Shown here in pieces: positions 1-19,648 of a DNA stretch of 64,000 bases. This stretch comes from the human T2T-CHM13v2.0 reference genome, Homo sapiens. Both the position numbers and the translations under genes were made by a program. The stretch lies in NCBI RefSeq assembly GCF_009914755.1, contig NC_060925.1. One strand, given 5' to 3'. Positions within the stretch are counted from its first letter, which is position 1, and the number at the start of each line of letters is the position of its first letter. The notes under the pieces were generated by a model. The model did not search any database. It saw only the letters and a program-made list of their open reading frames with translations, and was not told the origin of the DNA.

Positions 1-1344
1 AATTTACCCACATATTTACTATTTGGGATACTCAACTTTTTTGAGCAAGAAATACTTCCTTAACATATCTGTAGAACCATTCAATTAATCACAAGTTCGT
101 TCAGCTTTGATATGCCTCAAAATATCTTTCTTGTTTTAACTTCCGTTTGAACATTATTTTCACTGTTAATATAGTAATAGGTCTATGTAGGTTTTTTTCC
201 CCTCCAGAACTTTCTAGATGTTATTTTATTGACTTCTGGTTGGCATTTTTAAATATTAAACAAGCATTACAACTTTGTCTTTGTCACCCTGTAAGAAATA
301 TGTCTTTTTTTCTTTTTCCACGAAGATTTTTCTCTTTATTAGTGGCTTTACAGAAATTTGATTATTTTACATTTTGGTGTACTTTATTCTTGTTGGGTTT
401 TGTTCAGCTCTTTGAATATGAAAATATATAATTTTCATCAGATTAAAAATATCCATTATTTATTTCTTTAAGTATTTTTCCTGCTCTGTCTGCTGTTCCT
501 CTTCTATTCCAATTACATATACGTTGGACCACTTGAAATTTTTTGACAGGTGACTGAAGCTCTATCAATTATTTTATTTTTTATTACCTATGTGCTTTTT
601 TTGAATACTTTTAATGTTCTGTCTTCAATTGCAGTACTTTCTTTTCTTCATTGTCTAATTTTCTCTTTTGCCTATACAGTGAATATTTAACTACAATATA
701 ATTTCCAGCTCAATTTATTTTTTAAATATTCTTTGTTTTTAATGTTTTTACTTTTTTATTCTTAACCATGAATACATTCAAAATAACCCTCTTAAAGTTC
801 TTATCTGTTGATTCTACATTTTTGTCGTTTAATTGCCTCCTTTTATTCCTTCTCTTAACTAAACTTTCTCCTGATTATGGGCCATATAGTCTTGCTGCTT
901 CTCATATTCACGACTTTTTGTTCCAGAAAAGTGTGATTTATTTACTATAATAAAATATACATACAGATATATTTTAAATATGTGTATATATAAATATATC
1001 ACACTCCAGAAGAATGTGATTTACTTTACTAAAATGAAATATAAATATGGATATATTATAAATTATTACTTGGAATAATATATATAGATATATTATAAAT
1101 ACTCTATAATATAACACACTATAATACATAATCTATTATATATTATTACACAATTTAGATATAAATTTATACAGTATTATACTATGTATATATAAATTTT
1201 ATAATCTAAAAATTTTATTCCAAGTGGTTATTTAACATGCAGAACAGCTTGATTTTTTCAAAGTGTTTTATGGCTGAGCTGGAGTTAGTTTGCTCTAGGG
1301 CTAGTTTAGATCTACTGTTAAATTGCAACTTTTTTGGATTACTA

Positions 1345-1692
<348 letters not shown>

Positions 1693-2031
1693 TCACTACT
1701 ATAGATGACTTACTCTAGTTTTTTGTGGGTATCGTTCTGCATATAGTTTCCCTGTAGTTTTAGTTTTCCTGATAGTCTTTTGTTGTTTTGTTTTTGTTTT
1801 GTTTTGTTTTGACCAGGCTATAGATTCTAACTCTGTGCATCTACAGCTTAGTATGTATCCCAAGGTGAAGTGAACCCTTATTCATACTTCATGAGTTTGA
1901 TTTCTGTGTATCTTCCTTTTTTCAGGTACTGTGCCACGAAATTCCAGCCTCCTTCACCTCTCTGAACTCTGGTGTGTGTGTCTTTAATTCGGTGAGATCA
2001 ATGGGATCTTCCTGTGTTTGCCCTCCCATAG

Positions 2032-2563
<532 letters not shown>

Positions 2564-5500
2564 TGACTTCTCAGTAATATATAATTTTTCTTGAACTTTT
2601 GCCATTAGGAAAAACTCAATAATGACAGTACATAAGCCCGAATTTTGTCAGAAGGAAGTGCAAGTTTATCAGATGATTAATCTCAAAGAATTGAACAATA
2701 GCCAAAAGTAAAGTATCACCAGAAAATGGAGAATGTCTTGGTTCATAAATTAGCATGCTCCTAGCAGGTATGGTATGTGGAGAAAAGCTAGCTTACAAAG
2801 CTAATTTTCCATATACAGTAAAGAAACAAAAATGTTTTTATAAAGTTTAAAAATAATTCCTTAGGCAATTATGCAAATGATACCAATCTGATAAGAACAT
2901 CTTAGCTTGCTATTCTTTGAGATGAACTCAGAAAACTAACATATTGGCTTTTTTTTCCTGTCTTTTGATAGGAACTTATTTCAATAGACATATAACAGTG
3001 TAGCCAACAGGTAGACAGGTAGAACAGTAAGTGGCAAAGGAGTATTTCTGTAGACATTCAGGAAAGAAAATAAGTATAAATCTGATTATACAACCAACAG
3101 GTCATCGGGGCCTTTATTCATAAGACAATGTAATAAACAACCTTGAAGGCCTCAGTGAAATATCCAAAGCTTTGGTTTATCATAATACTTGTGATGGATG
3201 CGTTGGCCTTGGATAGGCTGGGACTTGCAGACACAAACCTTATTACTGAGCCTATAGCAGTGAAGAGCTCAGGCAAATTTAATAGAATCTTCACTTCTTT
3301 GAAAGCTCACCAAGCAATTGCTACTGGAATATACATCTATTCGAACAGAGTTAATTTTTGCTTATTGAAGCAATTAAGAATTTGGTGAAGTAGAGTCAGT
3401 CAATGAATAGTCCTGGCAGCATGGCTCTGTTTGCAAATCAAGACGATTGCTTGAACAGTAAGTAGAATCCGTAAGGCAGTTAGAAATTACTATTAGATCA
3501 GTTTGCCTGTGTCATTCTAGTAATATGGCTCAGAATGCTTAAACAGGTTTAAGAATTGTCGTGCATTTTGTGATTTGGTTTAATTTACTGTTTTGTAAGT
3601 TATTGTACAGTTTGGCAAATTTTAATTTCTCTTTCAATTCTATATAAAAATTGAAGGAGAAATTATTGTATTTCGTTCAAATATAAGAACAATTCATATA
3701 TATATAGAAAGATAAATTCTTATATTTGTTTGTTATATTTTATATTTTGTTTGTTATTCTTATATTTGCTTGTCATATTATATACAACATTCCTACCTGT
3801 TAAATAGTACAAACTTTTTTATTTCACAGGATATCTCATTTTAAATATTACTAGAAACAGAATTGTCACATTATTTTGAAAATGACAAGTAGAAAAAATA
3901 TTTTTAAATATACAAAAACCTTGCATTTATTTTCAGTGTGAATGAAGGGCTCTGGTGATGGATTTTAGGCATCTTCCTCTTTCTTAACATCAAGGCACAC
4001 CAGAATAAGTAGGATTATTAAACCAAACATATTATGTAAACACAGATCATATTTAAGTAAGTGTGAAAACATTGAACACCCAAATCTCTAATCCCTGAAG
4101 TAAAGAAGATGATTCAATATTGCATAGTGTAATTTTGAATATTCTGGAAAAGTGATTTGGTGTGCCTTCAACTTAAAAATTATTCTCCTCTTTCATAAAT
4201 TCATTTCAGAGTAATACATATGTTCTACTTCAAAATAGCACAGAGAGAGAAGTCATTTTAGGCATGTATAGCAGATGTAATTTCAAAGCACATTTAAAAG
4301 AAAAGTAAACATTATTGCATGCAACTATTCAAGGTTTAATAGTTATATAATACGTGATGAGTATACATAAAATGTGTACTTTTCTATTGCAGGCAAAGGT
4401 AATAATAAATTTCTACTCTTAATAAGTATATCAGTTCTATTTAAAACCTGAGCTATTGAAATCCCAAATTACATTGTCAGCCAAGAATGGAGTGGTCATC
4501 ATAATTACAATCTGTAACTTTCATTAATAACAGAGGATGAATTTTTTCTGCTTGGGATGATCCATGTAATAGTATGAATAGAGACTTAAGAAATGATTTG
4601 ATCAATTTACGTATGTGTGTGTGTGTATGCATATGTGTGTGGCATGTGGCATGTTTGTAGATTAGATAAAAATGTGAAGAGAGTTTCCTTGAGTAGAGCC
4701 ATATGATCATTTGTGAACTAGATGAATTTGTAATGCTCCATTATTCTAGCTGTGATATAAACAACAAAGATGTTAGATAGTTTTAATATACAATACAATA
4801 ATAAATAAAAGAGGAAACCAAACCTTATTAATATCCCAATGCAATTTACTTTATATGTGTTAAAATAATTTGAAATAGATATTTATTAAGTAAATATTTG
4901 GAAATGTATTTATAACTCTACATTTCTCTAAAAAATACTTGCGAATAAGTGAGGGTTTATTCACCAGAACATAATAGAAAGAAATGAAAGTTGAGTCATT
5001 TGTTATTTTCAGGAGTGTATTTGCATTTATTTCTTGAAAATTATTTTATTACTTATAACAAAAATATATTCTATAGAAGAAGCCTTCAATTACAAATAAA
5101 TTAGAATGAATGATAATATTTCCCAGTAATTAATATAGTGACGGGAAAGATCCCCGTAAGCCAGGTATTGAAAAATGTTTCGTCAAAAACCGGAGGAATT
5201 AATACAAAAGTTACAAGCAGAAGTTTGTCAATGAGGTTTAGAGGAAACAAGCAGGAGGGAGAAGAGCAATGCTATGTATTCACAACTGCCACATTAAATC
5301 CTGGCAGAGAACCGGGTGCTTTCATGTTGCAAACTCTTTTGTTTTTGATTAATACGCATGCGTATTCTGAGTAGGCAAGCATTAAAGACTTGTTAATGCT
5401 TCATTATTAATCCTCACAATTCAATGCCCTGCTCAATGCTTTTCATTTTTCATAGGTAGGCTTTATCTAAGAAGAGCATTAATTATTTGTATTAAATGAG

Positions 5501-5616
5501 AATGTTTTCTAATCCAAAGGCATGTAAAAATGCTCTCGGAAAATTACTATGATTTTTTTTGAAAGTAGTGGTAGGAAAAAAGAGTAATTTCTCAAGGAAA
5601 AGTTTGGTCATAGTCA

Positions 5617-5937
<321 letters not shown>

Positions 5938-8727
5938 ATACTTATTTTAAAAAGCTTGTTTTGCATTTGTATTTGCCTCAATATGTTTTAGTTATGTAAT
6001 GCACATTGCGAATGGACCCTTGTGCATGAGGCCATCAAATGAGGAAGATTCAATATTACCTCCTCAAAGAATTATCAGTGGTCTGACAATAACCCCATTC
6101 AGAGAAGTGAAAATATGTCATGGTCACCTACCATGCTCTACATCTGATAGCATTACATTTAAATGACATTAGAATGAATGATTCGTATAATACACTTGGA
6201 TATAATACATTTGGACAGCTACAAATACCTTAATAGTGGTAGATAATGCTTCTATAAGTCATCACTTTTGTTAGGCACCTTTGTAAAATATATACATATA
6301 CATATATACATAAATAGTTTCTCACATTTAGTTTTCATTACAAATATATGGAATAGGTGCTTTTATTATCTTTAAGAAAACTGAATTGCAAAGAAATTGT
6401 TTTATCTTCACAGATGAAAACAGCTAATTTGTGTTTGAATTGTTATTTGGGCAGTGGCTGTCTGGCCCCATAAACCTGCTGTAAACTATCGGTGTATACT
6501 AATTTTCTTGAGATATACATAAATCTGTAGATGCCGATATAAACATAGACAATATACCTGAAAATATGAAACATAAATGTACCTGAAGAAACAGATATAT
6601 TGTGCCATCCTCCTAACCATATTGTCTAGGGTTGTCAAGAAAAGATCTATCGGAGGAAGACTCAAAATAAATATATTAGGCCTAAGATAGAGAATTGGGT
6701 TAAATTTAGATAAACAAAAACATTTTACAAAATCATTCACTGGGTTAGTGTGTGGGGGGTGGGTGGGTGTATGCACTATATAGGTATATTTTAATAAAAT
6801 TAATGATTTTAGACATCAAATGAAATAGCATTTTCCTTATGTTATATAGTCAGTTGAATAAGTCCTGTACAAAAATAATTAAAGCAGTGTGTTTAACATC
6901 TTGAACCTATGTCAAAACTGTTACAGAAAAGAAAAACATATTTAATCCAATTTTGAATCATACTCAAGACAGAAGTACACCTACCCCTAGTAAAAGTATG
7001 CATAATTTCTACAAACCAAGAAACACTTATACTTTTGCCCTTTTTTTGGAGTTTTATGAAAACAGCAGTTGCCTGCATTTTATGAATTCTTTTTAGATTC
7101 ATGAGAATTTTCCCAGTGTGTTGTATAAAAATAATTTAAAATGTAGCATATTTTCCATAAAAGCCTTCTCATTTATTTTTAGATTGGACCATGTAACTGC
7201 TTTTTTAGCATAGATTTACTGCAAACTTACTATTTTATATGCATCAAAAGAATGGGCAAGAAGTTGATTTTATTCATCACTGTATGTTTAATAGCAATAA
7301 GCTTGACAATAAGTAACTATTGAACTGAAGTAAGTTCAATTAATTACATAGTAAGTAAAAAGAAAAAAAAACCCAAGGAAATAAACAGTCTACCTGATTT
7401 TCACTTTGAAGGAAGTAGATGTCCTAAGTATGAAAATTCTACCAAGCTGTTAGTATCAATTTAGGCTGATCCTTACTTATATGCGATCATAAATCCTGAA
7501 ACATAGGCGAAAGTAATTAAATATTTGATTATTTATTTATTTACTCTCTAAATAGAAATGGAAGAATAGAACATGAAATTTTAAAATATTTGATTATTAA
7601 GCCTTATACGTAGCATATTTTGTGGAGACTATAAAAAAGTCAGGAATAACTAATGAAATACATTTTAACTTCTAATCAAAATATAAAAGAAAATATATTT
7701 TATAAATGAACTAATAAGAAAATTGAAAGAAGTTAAAGTCATGTAATTTTGAGTTTTTAATTTAAATATAATAAATTACAAACATAAAAGTATTACCATA
7801 TGTTTTAACCATTCTCATTAAAGTTTCTAATTTTCCACTAGGTTTAATATAATAATGATTTTTTAAAAATAACGAGAGAAGAAAATAAAGGCATATATGT
7901 TATATAGCTAAAAATCCAAGGCAAAATTCAAGTGGAGTGTTAAAACCCTTCAAAATCCTCTTTTATATTTTGTTATTAATAACTCAACCTAATAAAACAA
8001 GTTTCTCTAGCTACATGATATATGAGCAGTTTGATCATATACTTTCTCCTGACAAGAGCTAAAGCTTACAAAGAAAGTTTTTGCCTTATAACTTCTGGAA
8101 GGTTGTTTTTGACAGACTTGAACACTGCTTAACAAGCTTATTCCAGCCTGAGAGCCTGCTCCCTGCCATTCTCACATTAGCCTCACATCTGGCACACGTC
8201 CCCTCTTTGTGCTAGCTGGGTTCCTTTGATTGCTTCATTTGGGCCTGAAATCATAAGAGTGCTGCTGACATAACCCAGGAGACTCCTGTCTCATCTCACA
8301 CCAGGGATAATCAGGTAAAACCAATGCAAAGGAGTCTGTTGCCCTGATGGAGCAGTAGGAAAGGTATAAAATTTGTCCTTGCTCTTCCTTCATATTTTGA
8401 TGTAGAAAAATGCTACCAAACCTGTAATATGCGTGTGTGTGTATATATATGCATACACACACACATGCGCACACACACACACAATTTTGAAACTGATAGA
8501 GAAAAGGAAAACCTGTTTTGGAGGAGATTTTCAAAATAACAATTTAAAAGGCATCTCAAAAATAAAAGTATTCAATTTTAACTGCCTTCTCATGCCTCAT
8601 CTTTCCATATTTCTGTGATGTAAATATCTACACCATCCACTTAGTCAACCAAGTTAGAAAATGTGTCTGCAATATCTTCCCTGAATACCTTCTAATAGAA
8701 TTATTCTCTTTGTTAAAATACCGTTCT

Positions 8728-9027
8728 ATTTATTTATTTTTTATTATAATTTTTTTTTGTTGTTGAGACAGAGTCTCACTCTGTCACTCAGGCTTGAGGG
8801 TAGTGGTGCGATCTTGGCTCACCACGATCTCCACTCCCAGGTGCAAGGGATTCTCCTGCCTCAGCCTCCCAAGCCGCTGGGATTACAGGTGCCCACCACC
8901 ACACCCAGCTAATTTTTGTATTTTTAGTAGAGATGGTGTTTTGCCATGTTGGCCAGGCTGATCTCGAAATCCTGACCTCAGGTGATCCACTGCCCAGGAT
9001 TACAGGCGTGAGCCACTGCACCCGGCC
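8728..9027 (-). mobile_element. Alu (AluS) with ~20-bp deletion in the left arm
   Basis: gagacagagtctcact...gagccactgcacccggcc; ggtgatccactgcccaggattacagg lacks the cctcccaaagtgct stretch. Confidence 0.92.
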
Positions 9028-9379
9028 CGTTGTAATTTATTATAAAATTAAATTTTAGAATTCTCACACTAATCTGTGCATTTTTCATTAAGAGCTAGTA
9101 TAATTCCCCTAGGGACTAACGGTCTCAATATCAGTATTTGCATCCTGTATAATCACTTTTGCTACTATTAAATGCATACTATTTTTCTGTAGGAAACTCT
9201 CTTTTTATTAATAAAAGTAATTTAAAACTATACGGCTTGGCAATCAATAAGGAATAAGCCATTTTTTAATGTGTTACTTAAACATAAACATAGTGTTCTT
9301 ACTCTTAGCTGCAGAAGACTCTGATTTTGTCTTTGCTGTCTCAATTTGAATATAAGTAAGTGTTAGTGCTGTGTTAAAT

Positions 9380-10015
9380 ACCTTTTCTGATTGAAGTAAA
9401 CAAGATAAAATGGGAAAAAAGTAAAGAAGAAAATATCTATGGACACACCATTACAGTTAAGGAGAACCTTAGCAAGATTGGTGGTATAAAGTCATCTATC
9501 AGAATACAAAAATCAGCATTCTACCAGCAATCAATTGTTAGAAAACATAAACTTACTTAAAAATGCATTTTAGAAAGGCATCAAAATGTAAATAATTTAG
9601 GAACAAATTCACCAAAATATGTTTATGGATTTTAAGGAGAAAATAATATACTATTGAGAGAAGTTGAATAAGTCTAAAATAAACCAAAATATACAACCTA
9701 TTCACTAGTTGAAATATAGAGTGCCATAAAGATATTTATTTTTCCCAAATTAATCTATAGATTTAATACATTTCAATGTCAATTTGCTGTATGTGAATGT
9801 ATTTATATATGTGTGCACATTTGTGTGTGTGAACATTCACAGATATTATAATATATATGTAAGTGGAAAGGGCCAAGAATGGCCGAGATACTTTTGAAGA
9901 ATCACATGGTGGGACATCTTGATTTATTAGGTGTACCCTCCAAATTTACCATGCTACATGTTTACTCTTAGATATTTAATGTAGAAAACTATATATGCAC
10001 CAGGAAATGTGTGCA
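9380..10015 (+). mobile_element. Old L1M (L1ME-like) ORF2 fragment
   Basis: atacaaaaatcagcattcta, cccaaattaatctatagatttaatac and similar motifs resemble the L1 ORF2 3' half. Confidence 0.55.
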
Positions 10016-10029
10016 AGATTATTATCAAT

Positions 10030-10325
10030 TTTTAATCACCCCTACTATTTATAATTTCTTTGTGTTAGGATCATTTCAAGTCCTCTAGTCCAGCTATTCT
10101 GAAATGTACAACACATTGCTATTAACTACAGTCACCTTATTCTGCTATTGAACATTAGAACTTACTCCTTCTATTTAACTGTTTGTTTTTACCTATTAAC
10201 CAACCTCTCTTTAACCCTCTATTCCCATCTGCACACCCTTTTCAGCCTCTGGTATCTACTTCTGTTCTGTATCTTCATGAGATAATCTCTTTTTGCTCAT
10301 ACATTTGCATGATAACATGTGAAAC
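10030..10325 (-). mobile_element. L1MA-type 3' end fragment
   Basis: ttctttgtgttaggatcatttcaagtcctct...ttaactacagtcacc...tgaacattagaactta is typical of an antisense L1MA 3'UTR. Confidence 0.7.
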
Positions 10326-10558
10326 CTAGTATAAAAACCTAGGGTGACAACACAAACAACAAAATTTAAAAATTAAATATAAAACAGCACTACAGTTATC
10401 TGTAAAACAGGGATAGGTTTAATTTTCTATGTCATTCAGATTTTATTTCTTTGGAGGATACAGAGAAATGTTAAATTTATAATAAGATTAACAATAATGG
10501 AAACAGAGAAAAGCAGATTTATGGAGAGTTCTTCAGCTCCATTGAAAACGAAACACTT

Positions 10559-10735
10559 GAGCAATGGTTTTCAACCCTTAGTGTGGTATTAGAATCACCT
10601 AGGGCTTTTAAAAAATACTTATGCCAGTTTCCCTCCCCAGAGATAATGATTGTTCTTCAATGGCACCTAGGTAACAGAATATTTTAAAAAAAATCTCCAG
10701 GTGCTTCTAATGTGCAGTCCACATGGAGAAGTGCA
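10559..10735. mobile_element. MER5-like hAT-Charlie DNA transposon relic
   Basis: caatggttttcaacc...ttagaatcacctagggcttttaaaaaatac...ctccaggtgcttctaatgtgcag. Confidence 0.7.
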
Positions 10736-11109
10736 TTAAACTCGAGAAATACTTTTAGCAAAAATCCCTAGATTGGTAGGCTTCATTTAGCTGCAGATTC
10801 CAGGACACCTGCTGTATTAGGGCAAGTTTCAGCTGTCTGTAACACAAAACTCCCCACATCTAACACACAAAGTGTAGCTTTCTCTCATGCAGAATTCCAG
10901 AGGCAGGCAGTCCAAAGCTAGTAAAAGTGACTTTACTGTTAGGGACTCATTCTCCCTTATACTAAAGGAGAAGAGAATAAACGCTGGAGAAGAAACCAAA
11001 ACTCGAACACACTGAATAGTGCTATTTTTCTGCTCTCAGATCCTTAGAAGCCCCCTTTAAAATGTCTTTAGGACATTTTAGGAAATCTTGCATTAAACCA
11101 ATTTAAACA

Positions 11110-11217
11110 CTCTTTCTTTCTTTATTTCTTCTTCTCTTCCCCTTCTCTCTCCTTCCTTCCTTCCTTCTCTCTCTTCCTTTCTTTTTCTTTCTGTCTTTCT
11201 TTCCTTATTTCTCTTTC

Positions 11218-11265
<48 letters not shown>

Positions 11266-11368
11266 TATTTCATTCTTTCCTCCTTTCCTCTATTTCTTTC
11301 TTTTTGTCTTTCTCTTTTTTGTCTCTCTTTTTCTTTTTCTTTCTCCTTTTTATTCTTTTCTTTCTTTC
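11110..11368. repeat. CT-rich tract including ~12 x CTTT; expanded tail of the adjacent antisense Alu
   Basis: Near-pure pyrimidine run; (CTTT)n at ~11219-11266. Confidence 0.9.
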
Positions 11369-11878
11369 TCAGGGTCTCTCTGTCACCCAACTGGAGTGCA
11401 GTGGCGTGATATCTTGGCTTACTGCAGTCTCCACCTCCCACTTCAAGATATCCTCCCACCTCAGCCTCCCAAGTAGCTGGGATTACAGGTGTGTGCTGCC
11501 ACACTTGGCTAATTTATTTTTATTTTTTATTTTTATTTATTTATTTTTTTGAGATGGAGTCTCGCTCTGTTGCCCAGGCTGGAGTGCAGGGGAGCAATCT
11601 TGGCTCACTGCAACCTCCATCACCCTGGTTCAAGCAATTCCTCTGCCTCAGCCTCGTGAGTAGCTAGGATTACAGGCGCACACCACCACGCCTGGCTAAT
11701 TGTTTTGTATTTTTAGTATTTCACCATGTTGGCCAGACTGGTCTTGAACTCCTGACCTCAGGCAATCCACCCACCTCAGCCTCCCAAAGTGCTGGGAATA
11801 CATGAGTGAGCCACCGTGCCTGGCTGGCTAATTTTTTAATTCTTTATAGAGAGAAGGCCTCTCTGTATTGCTCAGGCT
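11369..11878 (-). mobile_element. Old AluJ-like element (5'-truncated), split by a nested Alu
   Basis: agggtctctctgtcacccaactggagtgcagtgg...tggctaattt (11369-11515), resuming at 11825-11878. Confidence 0.8.
11516..11824 (-). mobile_element. AluS nested in the middle A-rich linker of the AluJ
   Basis: Near-complete antisense Alu; TSD tggctaattt at 11506-11515 and 11825-11834. Confidence 0.92.
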
Positions 11879-14249
11879 TAGACACATTTCTTTGTTAAAG
11901 AACATCTCATCCTTCAATATATAAAAAAAAAATTCTGAATTTCAAAGGAAATAGAATAGTCATTGGTTATCAGGTTTATTTGAAACAAGACTCTAAAAAT
12001 AAAAATCTACATTTCTGTCTTTACAGTGCAGTCTAAGTATACAGAATATTAGTTTGGAAACACTATAGTACATATTTCATTATGGTTATACATATATACA
12101 ACTATCCCTTTTGCACTTATTTCTAGTAATAATTTTAAGGAAACTAAGATTTAAATATTTCAGAATATCAAAATAAATTTTAAAATGGATAATTATTTGC
12201 ATATTTTTTATATTTAGTTATAATTTTACAAGAACCAATTAAGCCTGCTCTATTTTCACATAACCCAAGGGAAGGATGTTGCCATTAATCATGCATCTTA
12301 CCGGGCTTTCTTCAGCCCTAATACTGCTATTTGAACAGGAGGTTGTGGTTAATAAATTAAATAAGAGTGATTAAGATATCCTGTTATGAGAAATTAATTT
12401 TTGTGTTATGCCTCAAAGGAGATATATCTCTCCCCATGGAAAAGGACTTAAAATATCTCTTCTTTTATGTAAGATTCAGTTTCATGGTGCTTATTCCAGT
12501 GAAAATATACTCTAATATTATGGTAAAAATGCAGGACCAATACATGTTTAGGGTTTCTAACAGCTTTCACATTTTTACTCAAATAAACTCAGAAACTAAC
12601 ACTTCATTTAAATATAAATGACTAAACTCAGAGGCTTTGTGCTACCTTCATGCGTTACACACCATTAATGGGAACAAAGCCTCTTTTGAACTGAAGACTC
12701 AGCACACAAAGATGATATTTTAAGTTCACGCCCAAGAAAAAATATAAAACCTAACATTTTGACATTAAGAACTCCAAAACCAGAGCACATTAGATTTCAA
12801 GCACTTAAGAAATCCAGGGAAAGATAGAATTATTACTATAGTTACAAAATTAAGGATACGTACCTGTTCCTTACTTTCTAAGAATTAGGTTTGTCATCAT
12901 ACCTCTGATTGTTATTAGAGATTGTTCAACATGTGTCCACTGTAGATTCAGGTGTTATCAACAGAACTTTATTGCTTTCATAATGCCCTAAGGTAGAGTC
13001 CTATAAGATGTATTATACAAAATGCCCTGGCCTAATTGTTTATTATTTCACTCTTTAAATCAAGTTTCTGGTTGCAACATTAGCGGAGTAAGAAGAAAAG
13101 AAGATGTTATATAATTAATGAGGCTTGTCCTGTCTATGCATGCTTTATATTTCAATGTTTAATTCTTATTATAAATTAGGCTAAATCAACAAGATTGTCT
13201 AAAATTTTGATATTTTATGGTTTTTTAGATATAAATATTTAATGACAAAACAAAATCTCAACCAAAATTTCTGTAGAATATCGCTGTTATATATAGTTAA
13301 CTAAATACATTTGCACTATTTGACACATATTATCTATTGGACATTTGTTATTTTATTTTTTGTCATGAAAACTAAAAATACATGGGAAAATATAGATATT
13401 TCAATGATTAATAACCTCAGAGGGATTTTGGTGTCTTCACTCATGATCAAAAAGTAACATCTATGCATATGGACAAGATTAAAAATTCTTGAACCTGATG
13501 TAGGTTAAATCCAGAATAGCTTCAAAGAAGATTTATTAGTTTTTAATATGTTCATAAAATCAAAGTATTCATTATGATTTTATGCTTTTAAAGACAAGCA
13601 TCTTTATAATTTAAATATATTATTTGATTAATGTCTATCTTTTTTAGTGGAATTAAAGCTTCATGACAACAGATTTTATGCCTCCTTCAAAAATCATTAT
13701 CTTAGGCCTATGATGATGTACATAATAAAATACATTAATTAAACTGATAAAGTAAAATCACAGAGAACAATTTAGTTATAGAAGGCCTTATATTTTACAG
13801 ACTCTAATTTACTAAAACTTTACTACATTAAAATATTGCATTATGATTTTATATTACCTTAATCTTTCTAGGAAATAAATACACATATTTTATTATGTCA
13901 TTTGATAACAACCTAGGAACTTAAGACTAAATATTATTTTTCATTTTAAAGTTACTAAACCTGAATTTATAGATGGTAATTTTTATTTTCCCCAGCTTCA
14001 TATTTGGTTAGTGGCAAAGTGTTGACTAACCTAGAATCCTTGAATCTTTTGCACTATTCTAAAGTTTGCACTTGAGTTAATATGGCTAAATCAAGTGAGA
14101 GAACGAATAGAATAAGAACTCAGTTTGAGCCGTATATTGGGAATTCCCACATTGAAAACTGACAATTAGATTACTTACTCAAAATATATATAAATTTATA
14201 AAACATTCATGATGGTTATTAAGTGTTATGTGGAATTTATATAGATTTA

Positions 14250-16447
<2,198 letters not shown>

Positions 16448-16464
16448 AGACACTTCAATTTCTT

Positions 16465-19648
<3,184 letters not shown>

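Noticed and set aside
921-1210. Degenerate ~40-bp direct repeat in an AT-rich tract
   Set aside because: Low-complexity TA expansion with no further structure
3143-3388. 81-aa ORF in non-repeat sequence
   Set aside because: TTG start, no recognisable domain and no convincing splice context; length expected by chance
7319-7340. 8-bp hairpin attgaact/agttcaat
   Set aside because: Expected by chance in 64 kb of AT-rich DNA
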